The notes: generated by a model not told the origin, from the sequence alone. Counted from the stretch's first letter, positions 17,709-27,378 are shown. The stretch: DNA of 64,000 bases from Alphaproteobacteria bacterium (GCA_017480385.1 JAFVAT010000007.1:26334-90333); one strand, 5' to 3'. Program-made: numbers and translations.

Positions 17709-19182
17709 TTTCTTGAACTGTTATTCCCATGGCCTTAAGAAGCTTACCGAACAAGGCCGTTTGCGGATAGTTTCCCATAAAGAAAAACGCGCCGTTTCCG
17801 ATAGCCGAAACAGGAACGGGAACTCCCGTTTGCCCGAAAGTGGAATACCCCAATCCGGCCCGACGCGCTAAAATCTGAGCCGGCGCAATCTGCAAAGGAT
17901 CATATTTGTCGTATTTATTCACATACGCCTCTGTTTTAGGTCTTTTGGCCGGCTCCATCATGCTGTAGCGAAATGCCTCGCGCAGACCGGAAAGTTCCGC
18001 CGCACTCAAATTCATCTCCAAAGCCTTTTTAGCTTCTTCATCACCGGCCTTCGCTTTTGCATTCAATTCCTTTTTTTGTTCTTTAGACAGTATGCGCAAA
18101 CCGAAATTTTTTTCAATTTGAGGCATAAAATCTTCTAAAACCGCTCCGGCCTGCCGACGCTGACGAAAACGGCTGATCACCGGTTTAAAGGCATCGGCGG
18201 AAATATTTTGATTTTTTAAAATATCGGCCTTTAAATCTCCGGAATTATCAACCCCCAGGGTCAGCCCTCCCGTTTCAACCGTTCCAGTCACAATGATCAA
18301 TGTTTCCTGATCGTGCGTATGATAAAAATCCCATGCGGCCTGAACGGCTTGGTCAAACGCGTTAATTTCCTTGATCAGAGCCGCCGTATCGTGCATTCCA
18401 GCGGCCTGATTCATTTTGCTGCCGATCGTGATCAGGACAAAGCCCTTCTCGCCTTGAAATTTATCTATTGCTTTTTGAACAAACATAGCCAAAGAGGGCG
18501 CTTCCGGCTTCGCATCAATTGCAAAGGGGATATTCTTCAAGGACGCGATCACCTTACCGGAGGGCAAAACTTCGTCTTTCTGCAAAGAAAACAGCTGTTT
18601 ATACCCTCCGTTTTTCAAAACGACGCCCAAATCTTCTTTTTGAAACGATTTTTGACGTTTGAAAGCCTGCCCGATCATCAAAGAAATGCCGCTGTCCTTT
18701 GTCTGAACGGCAATATCGTAATAATTCTGCTTTTTAGCGGAATGCGCATAAAAAGAAGCCGGCACGGCTCCGTCCAAAAAAGAATCCGCAATAATGCCGA
18801 CAGCATACCCTTTTTCCGCAACAACAGAAGTTATCAAGGGCAGCGCCGGCTCATTTTCCGACAGCATAGAGATCATGCCCTCCGCCCCAAGTTGTCCGGT
18901 TGCCAATGCTCCGGCAGAAGAAGCCGTATCAGCCAAATTAGACTTTGCCGATGCTGCCGTGGCCACGCCCTGCACCGGCAGCGTATTAACAAACAAATGC
19001 TTTCCTTCTGCCAATTCGGTCAATCGTCTTTGCGCATAAGAAGCACCGTCGCCGATAAATAAAAAAACATATTTCGCAAGTTTTTCTTCCTGACATGCGT
19101 TAAGGAGACAGCACATCAGACAAAAACCGCCCAACAGCAAGCGGTGTTTGGCTTTTTTAATAGAAAATAAGAAAGGAAACAT
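17680..19182 (-). CDS. Alkaline-phosphatase-family lipoprotein with degenerate active site
   Basis: KYVFLFIGDG, ALATG, PASFYAH, ETGGLTLG and TGVPVPV identify the AP fold; lipobox LNAC; most metal ligands substituted. Confidence 0.85.
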   Translation of the reverse strand: MFPFLFSIKKAKHRLLLGGFCLMCCLLNACQEEKLAKYVFLFIGDGASYAQRRLTELAEGKHLFVNTLPVQGVATAASAKSNLADTASSAGALATGQLGAEGMISMLSENEPALPLITSVVAEKGYAVGIIADSFLDGAVPASFYAHSAKKQNYYDIAVQTKDSGISLMIGQAFKRQKSFQKEDLGVVLKNGGYKQLFSLQKDEVLPSGKVIASLKNIPFAIDAKPEAPSLAMFVQKAIDKFQGEKGFVLITIGSKMNQAAGMHDTAALIKEINAFDQAVQAAWDFYHTHDQETLIIVTGTVETGGLTLGVDNSGDLKADILKNQNISADAFKPVISRFRQRRQAGAVLEDFMPQIEKNFGLRILSKEQKKELNAKAKAGDEEAKKALEMNLSAAELSGLREAFRYSMMEPAKRPKTEAYVNKYDKYDPLQIAPAQILARRAGLGYSTFGQTGVPVPVSAIGNGAFFFMGNYPQTALFGKLLKAMGITVQETKPLQEEQK

Positions 19183-19300
19183 AGTTGACTCTTTAAGGCT
19201 TCTGTAAGATAAAATTAACTTTGAGCGTATTAAAAAAACTTATGCACACAATGTCAAATAAAAAGAATCTCTTTTTGTTTTTCTAACGGAATAATGGAAA

Positions 19301-20671
19301 ATGAAAACTCATTTGCTGATCCCTTCGCTTTTATTCGGCCTGCTTGCGCTGCCGGCACATGCGGATCCGTTTGATATTGAAGGCGAAGTAACACCTGTGC
19401 CGAAAGCTCCGGTTTGCTCAACGAATGCAACGAAAGAAAAGCTGCATTTGGCAGACGTCATCAATCTGGCTTTATGCCAAAACCCGCAGACACAAAAGCT
19501 TTATATGGGGGCGTTGGCAACGGCTGCCGAATACGGCCAAACGAAATCGGATTACTTACCGACACTGGACTTCAATGCCGGCATCAATCAATCGGACACA
19601 ACCATTCATCACGGTCGAAATTCTAATTCAACAATGGCATCGGCAGGCCTTTCTTTAAACTGGCTGCTGTTTGATTTTGGCGGTCGGGAGGCGTCAACCA
19701 AAATTGTCCGGCAATCCTTGAATGCAGCTTTAGCCACTCGTTCGGATACCCTGCAAAGCTTGATTTTTGAAGCTGCCGAAGCCTATTATCAGGTTTTTGC
19801 GGCGCAGGAGGAATACAACAATTCCAATGCGACACTGGCCGCCGCTTTGTCGGCTTTTGAAGCGGCTGCCAAACGATATGAATTGGGACTGGCGGCATTA
19901 TCCGATAAACTGCAAGCGGAAACGTCTTATTCCGAAGCTCAGCTCTCCGTCACCAAAGCGGAAGAATCTTTAGCTTTAGCCAAAGGCCGCTTAGCCGTTT
20001 TATTGAATTTTTCTCCGGATCAGTCCTTGGACCTGTACGAAGAAAAATATTCCATGGACAACCTCATGGTTCCGGACAACATCACAAACCTGCTTAAAAC
20101 AGCATTGAATAACCGGTCCGACATACAAGCCAAAAAGGCCGCCGTAAAACAGGCCGAATCAACGCTTGACATGCAAAAGGCTCAAAACGCGCCGAGCTTC
20201 AACTTGTCTGCCGGTTTAAACGGTCAGGACGAACTGACCAAAAATGGTCCCAGATCTCATACCAGCTCTGTCGGATTGACAATGACAGTCCCTTTGTTTA
20301 CGGGCTTCAAAAATTCTTACAGAACCTCTCAGGCCCGTTATCAATTGGAACAAAGCAAAGCCGAACTTAAACAGCTGGAAAACAATATTCAGCAAGAAGT
20401 ATGGACAACTTATCAGAATTTTATCACAGCCAAAAAAACGTATGAAATTTCTTTAACGATGTTTGCTTCCGCCGATCAAAACGCCAAAGTCGCTTTAGGC
20501 GCTTATAAAGCCGGCAAAGGAAGTATTTTAAATGTTTTGGACGCTCAATCGAAACTGGCAGATGTGCGGACGACCAAAAGTCAATCTTTTTATGATTTAC
20601 TGATCGCAAAAACAAATATGATCCGGAAAATCGGATTGATTGATCCCTTTAAAACGAACAAAGGATTTTAA
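19301..20671 (+). CDS. TolC family outer membrane protein
   Basis: Signal peptide; LNWLLFDFG, RYELGLAA..D.LQA, YKAGKGSILNVLDAQ. Confidence 0.92.
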   Translation: MKTHLLIPSLLFGLLALPAHADPFDIEGEVTPVPKAPVCSTNATKEKLHLADVINLALCQNPQTQKLYMGALATAAEYGQTKSDYLPTLDFNAGINQSDTTIHHGRNSNSTMASAGLSLNWLLFDFGGREASTKIVRQSLNAALATRSDTLQSLIFEAAEAYYQVFAAQEEYNNSNATLAAALSAFEAAAKRYELGLAALSDKLQAETSYSEAQLSVTKAEESLALAKGRLAVLLNFSPDQSLDLYEEKYSMDNLMVPDNITNLLKTALNNRSDIQAKKAAVKQAESTLDMQKAQNAPSFNLSAGLNGQDELTKNGPRSHTSSVGLTMTVPLFTGFKNSYRTSQARYQLEQSKAELKQLENNIQQEVWTTYQNFITAKKTYEISLTMFASADQNAKVALGAYKAGKGSILNVLDAQSKLADVRTTKSQSFYDLLIAKTNMIRKIGLIDPFKTNKGF

Positions 20672-20674
20672 CCC

Positions 20675-21832
20675 ATGAAAAAAACGCTTGTTATTCTTAT
20701 CATTTTAGGACTGGCCTGCGGCGGTATCCTGTATTACAGACATTACGGCAAAAAATCCGAAATCGTTTATGATACAACGACGCCCGTCCGAGGCAGTTTG
20801 CGCGTTGATGTCACAGCTTCCGGCACGATTCAGCCCGTTAATATCGTCAGCGTCGGCACTCAGGTTTCAGGCATTATCGAAAAAGTTTTTGTGGATTACA
20901 ATTCCACGGTAAAAAAAGGCGACTTAATAGCCCAGCTGGAAACCTTTACTCTGGAAGAGGACCTGAAAGAGGCTAAAGCCGCCGTGACGGACGCCAAAGC
21001 AAAACTTGATTATGCGAAACTGAACGCCAAACGAAACAAAGAGCTGTTTGAACAAAACTTTATTGCCCGTTATGAATGGGAAGAAGCAGAGCTCAGCGCC
21101 GTCAACGCTCAGGCCACTTATGACAAAGCCATAGCGCAGCAGAAAAAAGCCAAACGCAACTTAGGTTATGCCAACATCGTTTCTCCGGTTAACGGCATTA
21201 TTGTTACCAAAGAAGTCGAAGAAGGTCAAACCGTTGCTTCCAGCTTCCAAACGCCGGAACTGTTCACTATTGCGGAAGATCTGACCAAAATGCAGATTGA
21301 AGCATCGATTTCCGAGGCTGATATCGGTCAAATCAAGACCGGTCTGCCGGTTACTTTTACGGTGGACACTTTTCCGGCCGATACCTTCAATGGAATTGTA
21401 GACCAAGTTCGTTTGCAGCCGACGGAAGATTCCAACGTTGTCATGTATACCGTTGTCATTGCGATCTCAAACGACGATCTGCGTCTGCTGCCGGGCATGA
21501 CGGCTTACGTTACGATCACGGTGGAAGAAAAACATGACATATTGAAGCTGCAAAACATGGCTTTCCAATTCCGTCCCGTAACGGGAGGCACTGTTTCCGC
21601 TAAAAAATCCAATGTGGAACGCCAGCGCATCATTCAGGAACGCAAATCCTTACAGCCGAATGAAGCAATGATTTATGTGCTTGAAGGCAACACGCCCGTA
21701 GCGCGCAAAGTTAAGAAAGGCATTTCCAATTTGCTGGAAACAGAAATAACAGAGGGCCTTTCGGCAAACGAAAAAGTTGTTTTAGAAGATTTAACAACAA
21801 AAGTCAGCGTTAAGCGCGGAGGACCTCCATGA
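20675..21832 (+). CDS. MacA-like efflux periplasmic adaptor
   Basis: VSVGTQVSG, ISPVNG.V....VEEGQTVASSFQTP, SEADIG, LLPGMTA. Confidence 0.92.
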   Translation: MKKTLVILIILGLACGGILYYRHYGKKSEIVYDTTTPVRGSLRVDVTASGTIQPVNIVSVGTQVSGIIEKVFVDYNSTVKKGDLIAQLETFTLEEDLKEAKAAVTDAKAKLDYAKLNAKRNKELFEQNFIARYEWEEAELSAVNAQATYDKAIAQQKKAKRNLGYANIVSPVNGIIVTKEVEEGQTVASSFQTPELFTIAEDLTKMQIEASISEADIGQIKTGLPVTFTVDTFPADTFNGIVDQVRLQPTEDSNVVMYTVVIAISNDDLRLLPGMTAYVTITVEEKHDILKLQNMAFQFRPVTGGTVSAKKSNVERQRIIQERKSLQPNEAMIYVLEGNTPVARKVKKGISNLLETEITEGLSANEKVVLEDLTTKVSVKRGGPP

Positions 21833-22548
21833 CCAAAAAAGTCATTGAAATCAAAGACGTCTGCAAAACCTATTTCATGGGCGGCGGCATGAAGCAGGAT
21901 GTGCTGAAACACATCAACATGACCGTGGAAGAAGGGGAGTTTGTCGCCATTATGGGCCCCTCCGGCGCGGGCAAATCCACCTTTATGAATGTGCTCGGCT
22001 GCCTGGACCGACCGACTTCCGGCCAATATATTCTGGGCGGAAAAGAAGTCTCCTCCATGAATGACAATGAGCAGGCCCATATCCGCAACCGCATGATCGG
22101 CTTCGTCTTTCAGGGCTTTAACCTGTTAATGCGGCGAACGTTGACGGACAATGTTTCTTTGCCGCTGATTTATGCCAATGATACGACCAAAGAAGAACGG
22201 ATCAAACGAGCCGTTGAAAAATTGGAACTCGTGGGGCTGAAGGGATTTACGGACCGTTATCCCAACCAAATTTCCGGCGGCATGCAGCAGCGCGTCGCTA
22301 TAGCCCGCGCGCTGATCAATGCGCCTGAAATGATTCTGGCCGACGAACCGACCGGAAACTTGGACAGCAAAACCAGTGATGAAATCATGCTTTTCCTGCA
22401 AAAATTAAACGCGGAACAGGGCATAACCATCGTTTTAGTCACGCATGAACCTGACATCGCGCTGTATGCCCGTCGCTTAGTGCGCATTGTGGACGGAACG
22501 ATCGCTTATGACGGCGCAGTTAAAGATTACAAGGAGCAGGCCAAATGA
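21829..22548 (+). CDS. MacB-type ABC ATP-binding subunit
   Basis: GPSGAGKST, ISGGMQQRVAIARAL, LADEPTGNLD, VTHEP. Confidence 0.95.
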   Translation: MTKKVIEIKDVCKTYFMGGGMKQDVLKHINMTVEEGEFVAIMGPSGAGKSTFMNVLGCLDRPTSGQYILGGKEVSSMNDNEQAHIRNRMIGFVFQGFNLLMRRTLTDNVSLPLIYANDTTKEERIKRAVEKLELVGLKGFTDRYPNQISGGMQQRVAIARALINAPEMILADEPTGNLDSKTSDEIMLFLQKLNAEQGITIVLVTHEPDIALYARRLVRIVDGTIAYDGAVKDYKEQAK

Positions 22549-23759
22549 TAAAATCCGTTTTTTATGAAGCCTGCCTGTCCATGACAGGAAACAAGCTCAG
22601 ATCGTTTTTAACCACGCTCGGCATTATCATCGGCGTATGCGCGGTTGTCATGATGGTCGCCGCCGGACAAACAGTTCAGAACATCATTCAGGAACGCTTT
22701 GTTGCAATGGGATCAAACCTGCTGATTATCCGATCCGAACGGCCCAAAGCAACCGTTAAAACATCAGGGCCGACAACGTCGATTACATTGGACGACGCAA
22801 ACGCATTAAAGACACTGCGCGGATTGGACGTGGTTGCTCCGGTGTTAAGCGCGTCAGCCCAAGCGATTAACGGAGCCAACAACTGGAGCGTTTCCATCAC
22901 CGGAACAACGCCGGATTACATGAAAACCGCCAACTGGGAAATCGCCAAAGGCCGCGGACTTGACGAACAGGACATACGCCGGGGCACAACGAATGTTGTG
23001 ATCGGACACGAAGTGATGACAGAACTTTATCCGTACGAAGACCCGATCGGCAAAACGATCCGCATCGGCAACCAACCGTTTAACATTGTCGGCGTTTTAA
23101 AAGAAAAAGGATCCAGCACGGGCGGCGCCAATCAGGACTCGGCGGTCATGATGCCTTTGCTGACGGTACAGCGGCGATTTAATCGTTACGCGAAATTAAA
23201 CGCACTGAATTTTATTGCCGTCAAATTTGCGGAAAGCGAAGATTTGAACATTGTCGAACAGCGCATTACCCGCTTTTTGCGCGGTCGCCATAAAATTAAG
23301 GACGAAGATCCTGATGACTTCCGTATTTTCAATATTGCCGAATTTGTTGAAAATATCCGCCTGATCGGAACGGTTCTGTCTATTTTATTAATGGCGATTG
23401 CCTCCATTTCCCTGATTGTCGGCGCGATCGGCATCGTCAATATGATGTTGGTATCCGTTACGGAACGAACGCGGGAAATCGGCATACGCAAAGCCTTGGG
23501 CGCTCCCAACAATTGGATTATGCTGCAATTTTTATTTGAAGCCGTCCTTATTTCCATGATCGGCGGCGTCATCGGCCTTATTTTGGGAATTGGCCTTTCT
23601 CAGCTGGGCGGATATTTTTATAAAGTCTCCGTCCCCTTCAGTCTGTGGCCGGTCGTTCTTTCCTTTACCGTTGCTCTGGTTGTCGGCGTTATTTCCGGCG
23701 TTTTCCCAGCATACAAAGCAATGAAACTGGACCCGATTGAAGCTTTGCGATATCAATAA
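22545..23759 (+). CDS. MacB-type ABC permease
   Basis: LRSFLTTLGIIIG, VSVTERTREIGIRKALGA, DPIEALRYQ. Confidence 0.95.
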   Translation: MIKSVFYEACLSMTGNKLRSFLTTLGIIIGVCAVVMMVAAGQTVQNIIQERFVAMGSNLLIIRSERPKATVKTSGPTTSITLDDANALKTLRGLDVVAPVLSASAQAINGANNWSVSITGTTPDYMKTANWEIAKGRGLDEQDIRRGTTNVVIGHEVMTELYPYEDPIGKTIRIGNQPFNIVGVLKEKGSSTGGANQDSAVMMPLLTVQRRFNRYAKLNALNFIAVKFAESEDLNIVEQRITRFLRGRHKIKDEDPDDFRIFNIAEFVENIRLIGTVLSILLMAIASISLIVGAIGIVNMMLVSVTERTREIGIRKALGAPNNWIMLQFLFEAVLISMIGGVIGLILGIGLSQLGGYFYKVSVPFSLWPVVLSFTVALVVGVISGVFPAYKAMKLDPIEALRYQ

Positions 23760-23791
23760 AAATCTCCCCGTCCAATCGAACGGGGAGATTT
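23760..23791. terminator. Bidirectional intrinsic terminator
   Basis: AAATCTCCCCGT-loop-ACGGGGAGATTT hairpin between convergent genes. Confidence 0.85.
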
Positions 23792-23803
23792 CTTTGCCTT
23801 TTA

Positions 23804-24349
23804 TCACGAGTTTGAAGCGGCTGAAGTTTTCTTTTTTATTTCTAAATACTCGGCAACCCCTAACCCTCCATATAAAACCAGATAAAATCCTAACAACGTG
23901 GAAACGGTAAAAATTCCTAACAAAGGCGATCCTAAAATCCACAAACCGAATAAAATGCCTAAGAGGCCGGAAATTAAAAGCCATTTCCAAGTGGGATTTC
24001 CTGTCGCTTTGGAATCAAGTCCAACAGAAACCTGAAGCACGGCAATGCACAAAATCCAAATTGCTAATAAAAACGGTAGAGATTCGGCTGCTATGCCCAA
24101 ATTTAAAATCAAAACCCCTCCAAGAATAAAATCCAATAGCCCCATTGCCAATAACCACCCCGAGCGTAGCGAATAAAAATCCATTAAATAACCACAGCCG
24201 CTGATGATAAACATCACTCCCAGATAAAGCGCCGCAGCTAACAATGCCGAATCCGGAAAAATCCACGCCAAAATACCGGCAATAATCATAAAAACACTGG
24301 AAAGAAGCAAACCTTTCCTGACTTTTAAATCCTTTTTCGTTTCAGTCAT
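23804..24349 (-). CDS. HdeD/DUF308 family membrane protein
   Basis: Six hydrophobic helices with G.L.II.G...P..A patterns; AGGAG RBS upstream. Confidence 0.8.
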   Translation of the reverse strand: MTETKKDLKVRKGLLLSSVFMIIAGILAWIFPDSALLAAALYLGVMFIISGCGYLMDFYSLRSGWLLAMGLLDFILGGVLILNLGIAAESLPFLLAIWILCIAVLQVSVGLDSKATGNPTWKWLLISGLLGILFGLWILGSPLLGIFTVSTLLGFYLVLYGGLGVAEYLEIKKKTSAASNS

Positions 24350-24428
24350 CATATACTCCTTTGTTTTTTTCAACATAGCAAAAAACAAAGGAAAGGCTTA
24401 TCATCTTTAAGTTTATAACTCTTTGGTT

Positions 24429-25052
24429 TTATTTATCTTTCTTCTCTCTTTGCGTTAATTCGAAATTAGCGATCTTGATCGTTTCATAATAGGGCAGCAG
24501 AACTAAAAGAATTGAAATCAAAAGCAAATAAAGCCTTTGCCCGCTTAATTCGACAACATCAAACACGTCCAAAACGAAAAAGATCAGGATAAAAATATTC
24601 AAACCGATTGTTGCAAATTTTAAATTTCCGACAGCTGTTTTTTTCCGACTGTCCAATAAAGTTTCTTTTGCATTTTTTCCCTTCTGCACTAAGTTTTTAT
24701 AATCAAAGACAGAATTTCGGACCAACTGATTTTTTCGCACATCTATTGCTTCAAAAAAGGGTTCCGTTTCTTTGGGAAAAACCAAGTAACCGACAATATC
24801 CGGATTGACTTTTTCCGCTTCAGCCGTATAGCGTCGGAGCTGCTGTTTCCCGGCTTCTTCCGTCTGAGGCGTTCTTTTTGTTTTCAGTTCGAAAATCTGC
24901 AACGGCGTATTGGTATTTGGATCGACTATTGTTAAATCGGGGCGATATTTTCCTATTTTGTAATCGACTAAAATACTTTCCTCCGGATATCCCTTTTTCA
25001 TCAGGAAATCTTGTACGCTTTCCATCAAATCCCGTTGATTTTCCTCTGTCAT
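24429..25052 (-). CDS. PD-(D/E)xK nuclease domain (HsdR N-terminal-like) with two C-terminal TM helices
   Basis: GYP..I..EY-type segment, RPDLTI (PD), IFELK (ExK), QQLRRY (QxxxY); hydrophobic helices at about aa 147-190. Confidence 0.7.
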   Translation of the reverse strand: MTEENQRDLMESVQDFLMKKGYPEESILVDYKIGKYRPDLTIVDPNTNTPLQIFELKTKRTPQTEEAGKQQLRRYTAEAEKVNPDIVGYLVFPKETEPFFEAIDVRKNQLVRNSVFDYKNLVQKGKNAKETLLDSRKKTAVGNLKFATIGLNIFILIFFVLDVFDVVELSGQRLYLLLISILLVLLPYYETIKIANFELTQREKKDK

Positions 25053-25196
25053 TTCTTGTCCCGGCTTTATTGCATCATATTATTAATCTAAAAATTCCAA
25101 AGCCGGAAACAAGACGTTCATAGACTTATTTTCTAAATAAAACCTCTCTTCCCTTTTCAAAAGGATTACCCCTTGCCGTTTGGTTAAAATTATTTT

Positions 25197-25556
25197 TTAA
25201 ATAAACAAATATTCGCTGATATTGCTTTTTTCGGTATGGATATTGTTGCGAAAATGCGGATAGGGAATATCATAGAAATCAACAGATCCGAAAGCGCTCG
25301 CTTTTTCAAGAATGTTTTCTTTTTTCAACAGTCCTTCGGAATTATAGCTTAACACAAGCGTTGAACATTGAGCTTGAGAAAAAATTATTTCCAACCCTCT
25401 TTCGGCTTTTTCCTTATTGCAAAAATCGGATTTCTGATCGGAATATTCCCTCATTCCGGTAACGCCTCGCAAGAACGGATTGTCATATTTTGCTATCGTT
25501 TCCAGTATATGATAATTTGGCGCGTATTGCCGTCCATTATATGGTGGATCAATATA
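25197..25556 (-). pseudogene. C-terminal fragment of an N6-adenine DNA methyltransferase (D12 class, NlaIII/FokI-like)
   Basis: Manual translation YIDPPYNGRQYAPNYHILETIAKYDNP...LSYNSEGLL...EYLF. DPPY motif present; N-terminal SAM-binding part absent. Confidence 0.85.
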
Positions 25557-25880
25557 ACTGATTCTGTATATATTCTGCTATTTTATAAGCGTTCTTATCC
25601 GTGGTATCGACATAGTATCCCTTGCATCAAAATTCTTTGTTGAGATATTTGAACTTTATGTTCTTCCACCGCTCATAAACCATCAAACTGCTTTTTTTCT
25701 TTCAAAAATCACATAAATCCCGCCACACTTATTTTCGGTGGTATTTCGATCAACATATGTACGTGATGTTTACAATTCCATGTCGAAAGTGATAATGTCT
25801 TTATATCATTCGTTGTTAACTCCTTAGTCTCTGTTGCAGTTGCCGGATTGCATTCTGAATTTACCTAAGGAGTTTTTTTG
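25555..25880 (-). mobile_element. IS200/IS605 family tnpA relic
   Basis: Translates to NDIKTLSLSTWNCKHH/VHMLIEIPPKISVAGFM*FLK/SSLMVYERW..KFKY.NKEF*CKGYYVDT..KN...IAEYIQNQ. ACG in place of the start codon, internal deletion, two stops and a frameshift. 5' hairpin AACTCCTTAG/CTAAGGAGTT (25818-25827/25865-25874). Confidence 0.88.
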
Positions 25881-26053
25881 TGTAGAATTATAAGCTTTTC
25901 TGAACAATGTGCCCGGTGCGCAGTTTCCGGAGTATAAAAAAGCCCCGTTTTGAATTGTCCCTTGAAAATTGGACAGTAAAAAAAGTCCCGAAGATTGCGA
26001 TAGCAATTTTCGGGATAATTTTTTAACTTTAAGCCAAAAGGAAAGGATAATTC

Positions 26054-26440
26054 GTGAAGCATCACATTTTTACCAAAGAAGAACGAGAAGGATTGGAGAA
26101 TAATCCGAACATTTCCAAAGTTCTCAACAGCAATGTGGAATATACGGAGGAGTTCAAGCAAAAAGTATTGTCTGAACATAAAGAATTAGGAAAGACAGCA
26201 AAGCAAATATTTTCAGAAGCGGGAATACCTAATTGGTTTAATTGCGGCAAATACGCAAGTAAGTGTTTGGATAGATGGAAATATCAACAGCGGCACCGTA
26301 AAATAAAGAAAAGAGATCTCTCCAAGGTTGAGGAAAACAAACTTTTGCAAGAGATGAGCAAGCAAGAGCTAATAAAAGAAATACAATTATTAAGATTGGA
26401 GAATGAATTCTTAAAAAAACTCGAACCCTTGGAACAATAA
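26054..26440 (+). CDS. IS3 transposase OrfA
   Basis: HTH-type OrfA ending LRLENEFLKKL, with A7 slippery site TTAAAAAAAC near 26411. Confidence 0.85.
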   Translation: MKHHIFTKEEREGLENNPNISKVLNSNVEYTEEFKQKVLSEHKELGKTAKQIFSEAGIPNWFNCGKYASKCLDRWKYQQRHRKIKKRDLSKVEENKLLQEMSKQELIKEIQLLRLENEFLKKLEPLEQ

Positions 26441-27301
26441 AAAAAGAAGAATTAATCAAGATTGTATCCAAAGGGCGAAAGCTTGACTTGAGTGTAAAAC
26501 AAGTTTGTCAAATAACGAAAATATCAAGGAGTTCCTTCTATTATAAGATCAAGCATAAAGATGATAAATTTTTAAAAGATAAGAGCGCGTTGCAATTTAT
26601 AAAAAACGTCAAAAAGCAGGCATTCGAACTATCGCTATGATTTTGCAAAATAAATATGGCATCATAATGAACTTGAAGAAGATCGCGCGCATAAAAAAAC
26701 AATATGGTTTGACGCCCCGAATACGCAAGAAAAATCCATATAACGTGTTGTTTAAGAACGATTTGGAGCATCGAACGGCACCAAACCTGCTACAACGGAA
26801 ATTTGATGTAAATAAGCCGGATACGATATATTCAACCGACATCAGTTACTTGCTTTATAAAGACGGACAACGCGCGTATTTAAATGCGACGAAGGACTTG
26901 GCAACCAAAGAAATCGTTGCGTTTAACATCAGCAAAAACTTATCAATACAAACAGCGTTTATTGGTTTGGAGAAGGTGTTGAAACATAAGAATTGCTCAA
27001 AATTGATGATACATTCTGATCAAGGCGTGCATTATACATATCTGCTGTACATTCAAAAACTCAAAGAGTTCGACGTGACGCAAAGTATGTCGCGAAAAGG
27101 GAATTGTTTGGATAACGCTCTGATAGAAAGCTTCTTCAGACATTTGAAAGACGATATAGACATCAAAGCCTGCCGGACTTTTGAAAAGTGAAAACTCTGG
27201 TTGAAAATTATATCGATTATTATAAGAATGAACATTGTCAGTGGAACTTAAACAAAATGACACCGGCTCAACGCCGATGCCATTTGTTAAACCTCTCCTG
27301 A
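26412..27301 (+). pseudogene. IS3 transposase OrfB (DDE integrase core), frameshifted
   Basis: STDISYL, IHSDQG, SMSRKGNCLDNALIESFF motifs. Frame breaks near 26610 (NVK/KAGIRT) and near 27187 (FEK/VKTLVENYIDYY...MTP). Confidence 0.85.
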
Positions 27302-27378
27302 TGAACTGCCACGAGACTTTTTTTACTGTCCATTTTTCAGGGGACTGTTCATTTCGGGGCTTTTTTATCGTTTGCCGA

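Larger units (their letters stand above)
25951..27351 (+). mobile_element. IS3 family insertion sequence (IS150-like), 1401 bp, probably defective
   Basis: IRL TGAATTGTCCCTTGAAAATTGGACAGTAAAAAAAGTC matches IRR (reverse complement TGAACAGTCCCCTGAAAAATGGACAGTAAAAAAAGTC); 3-bp TTT target duplication. Confidence 0.93.
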
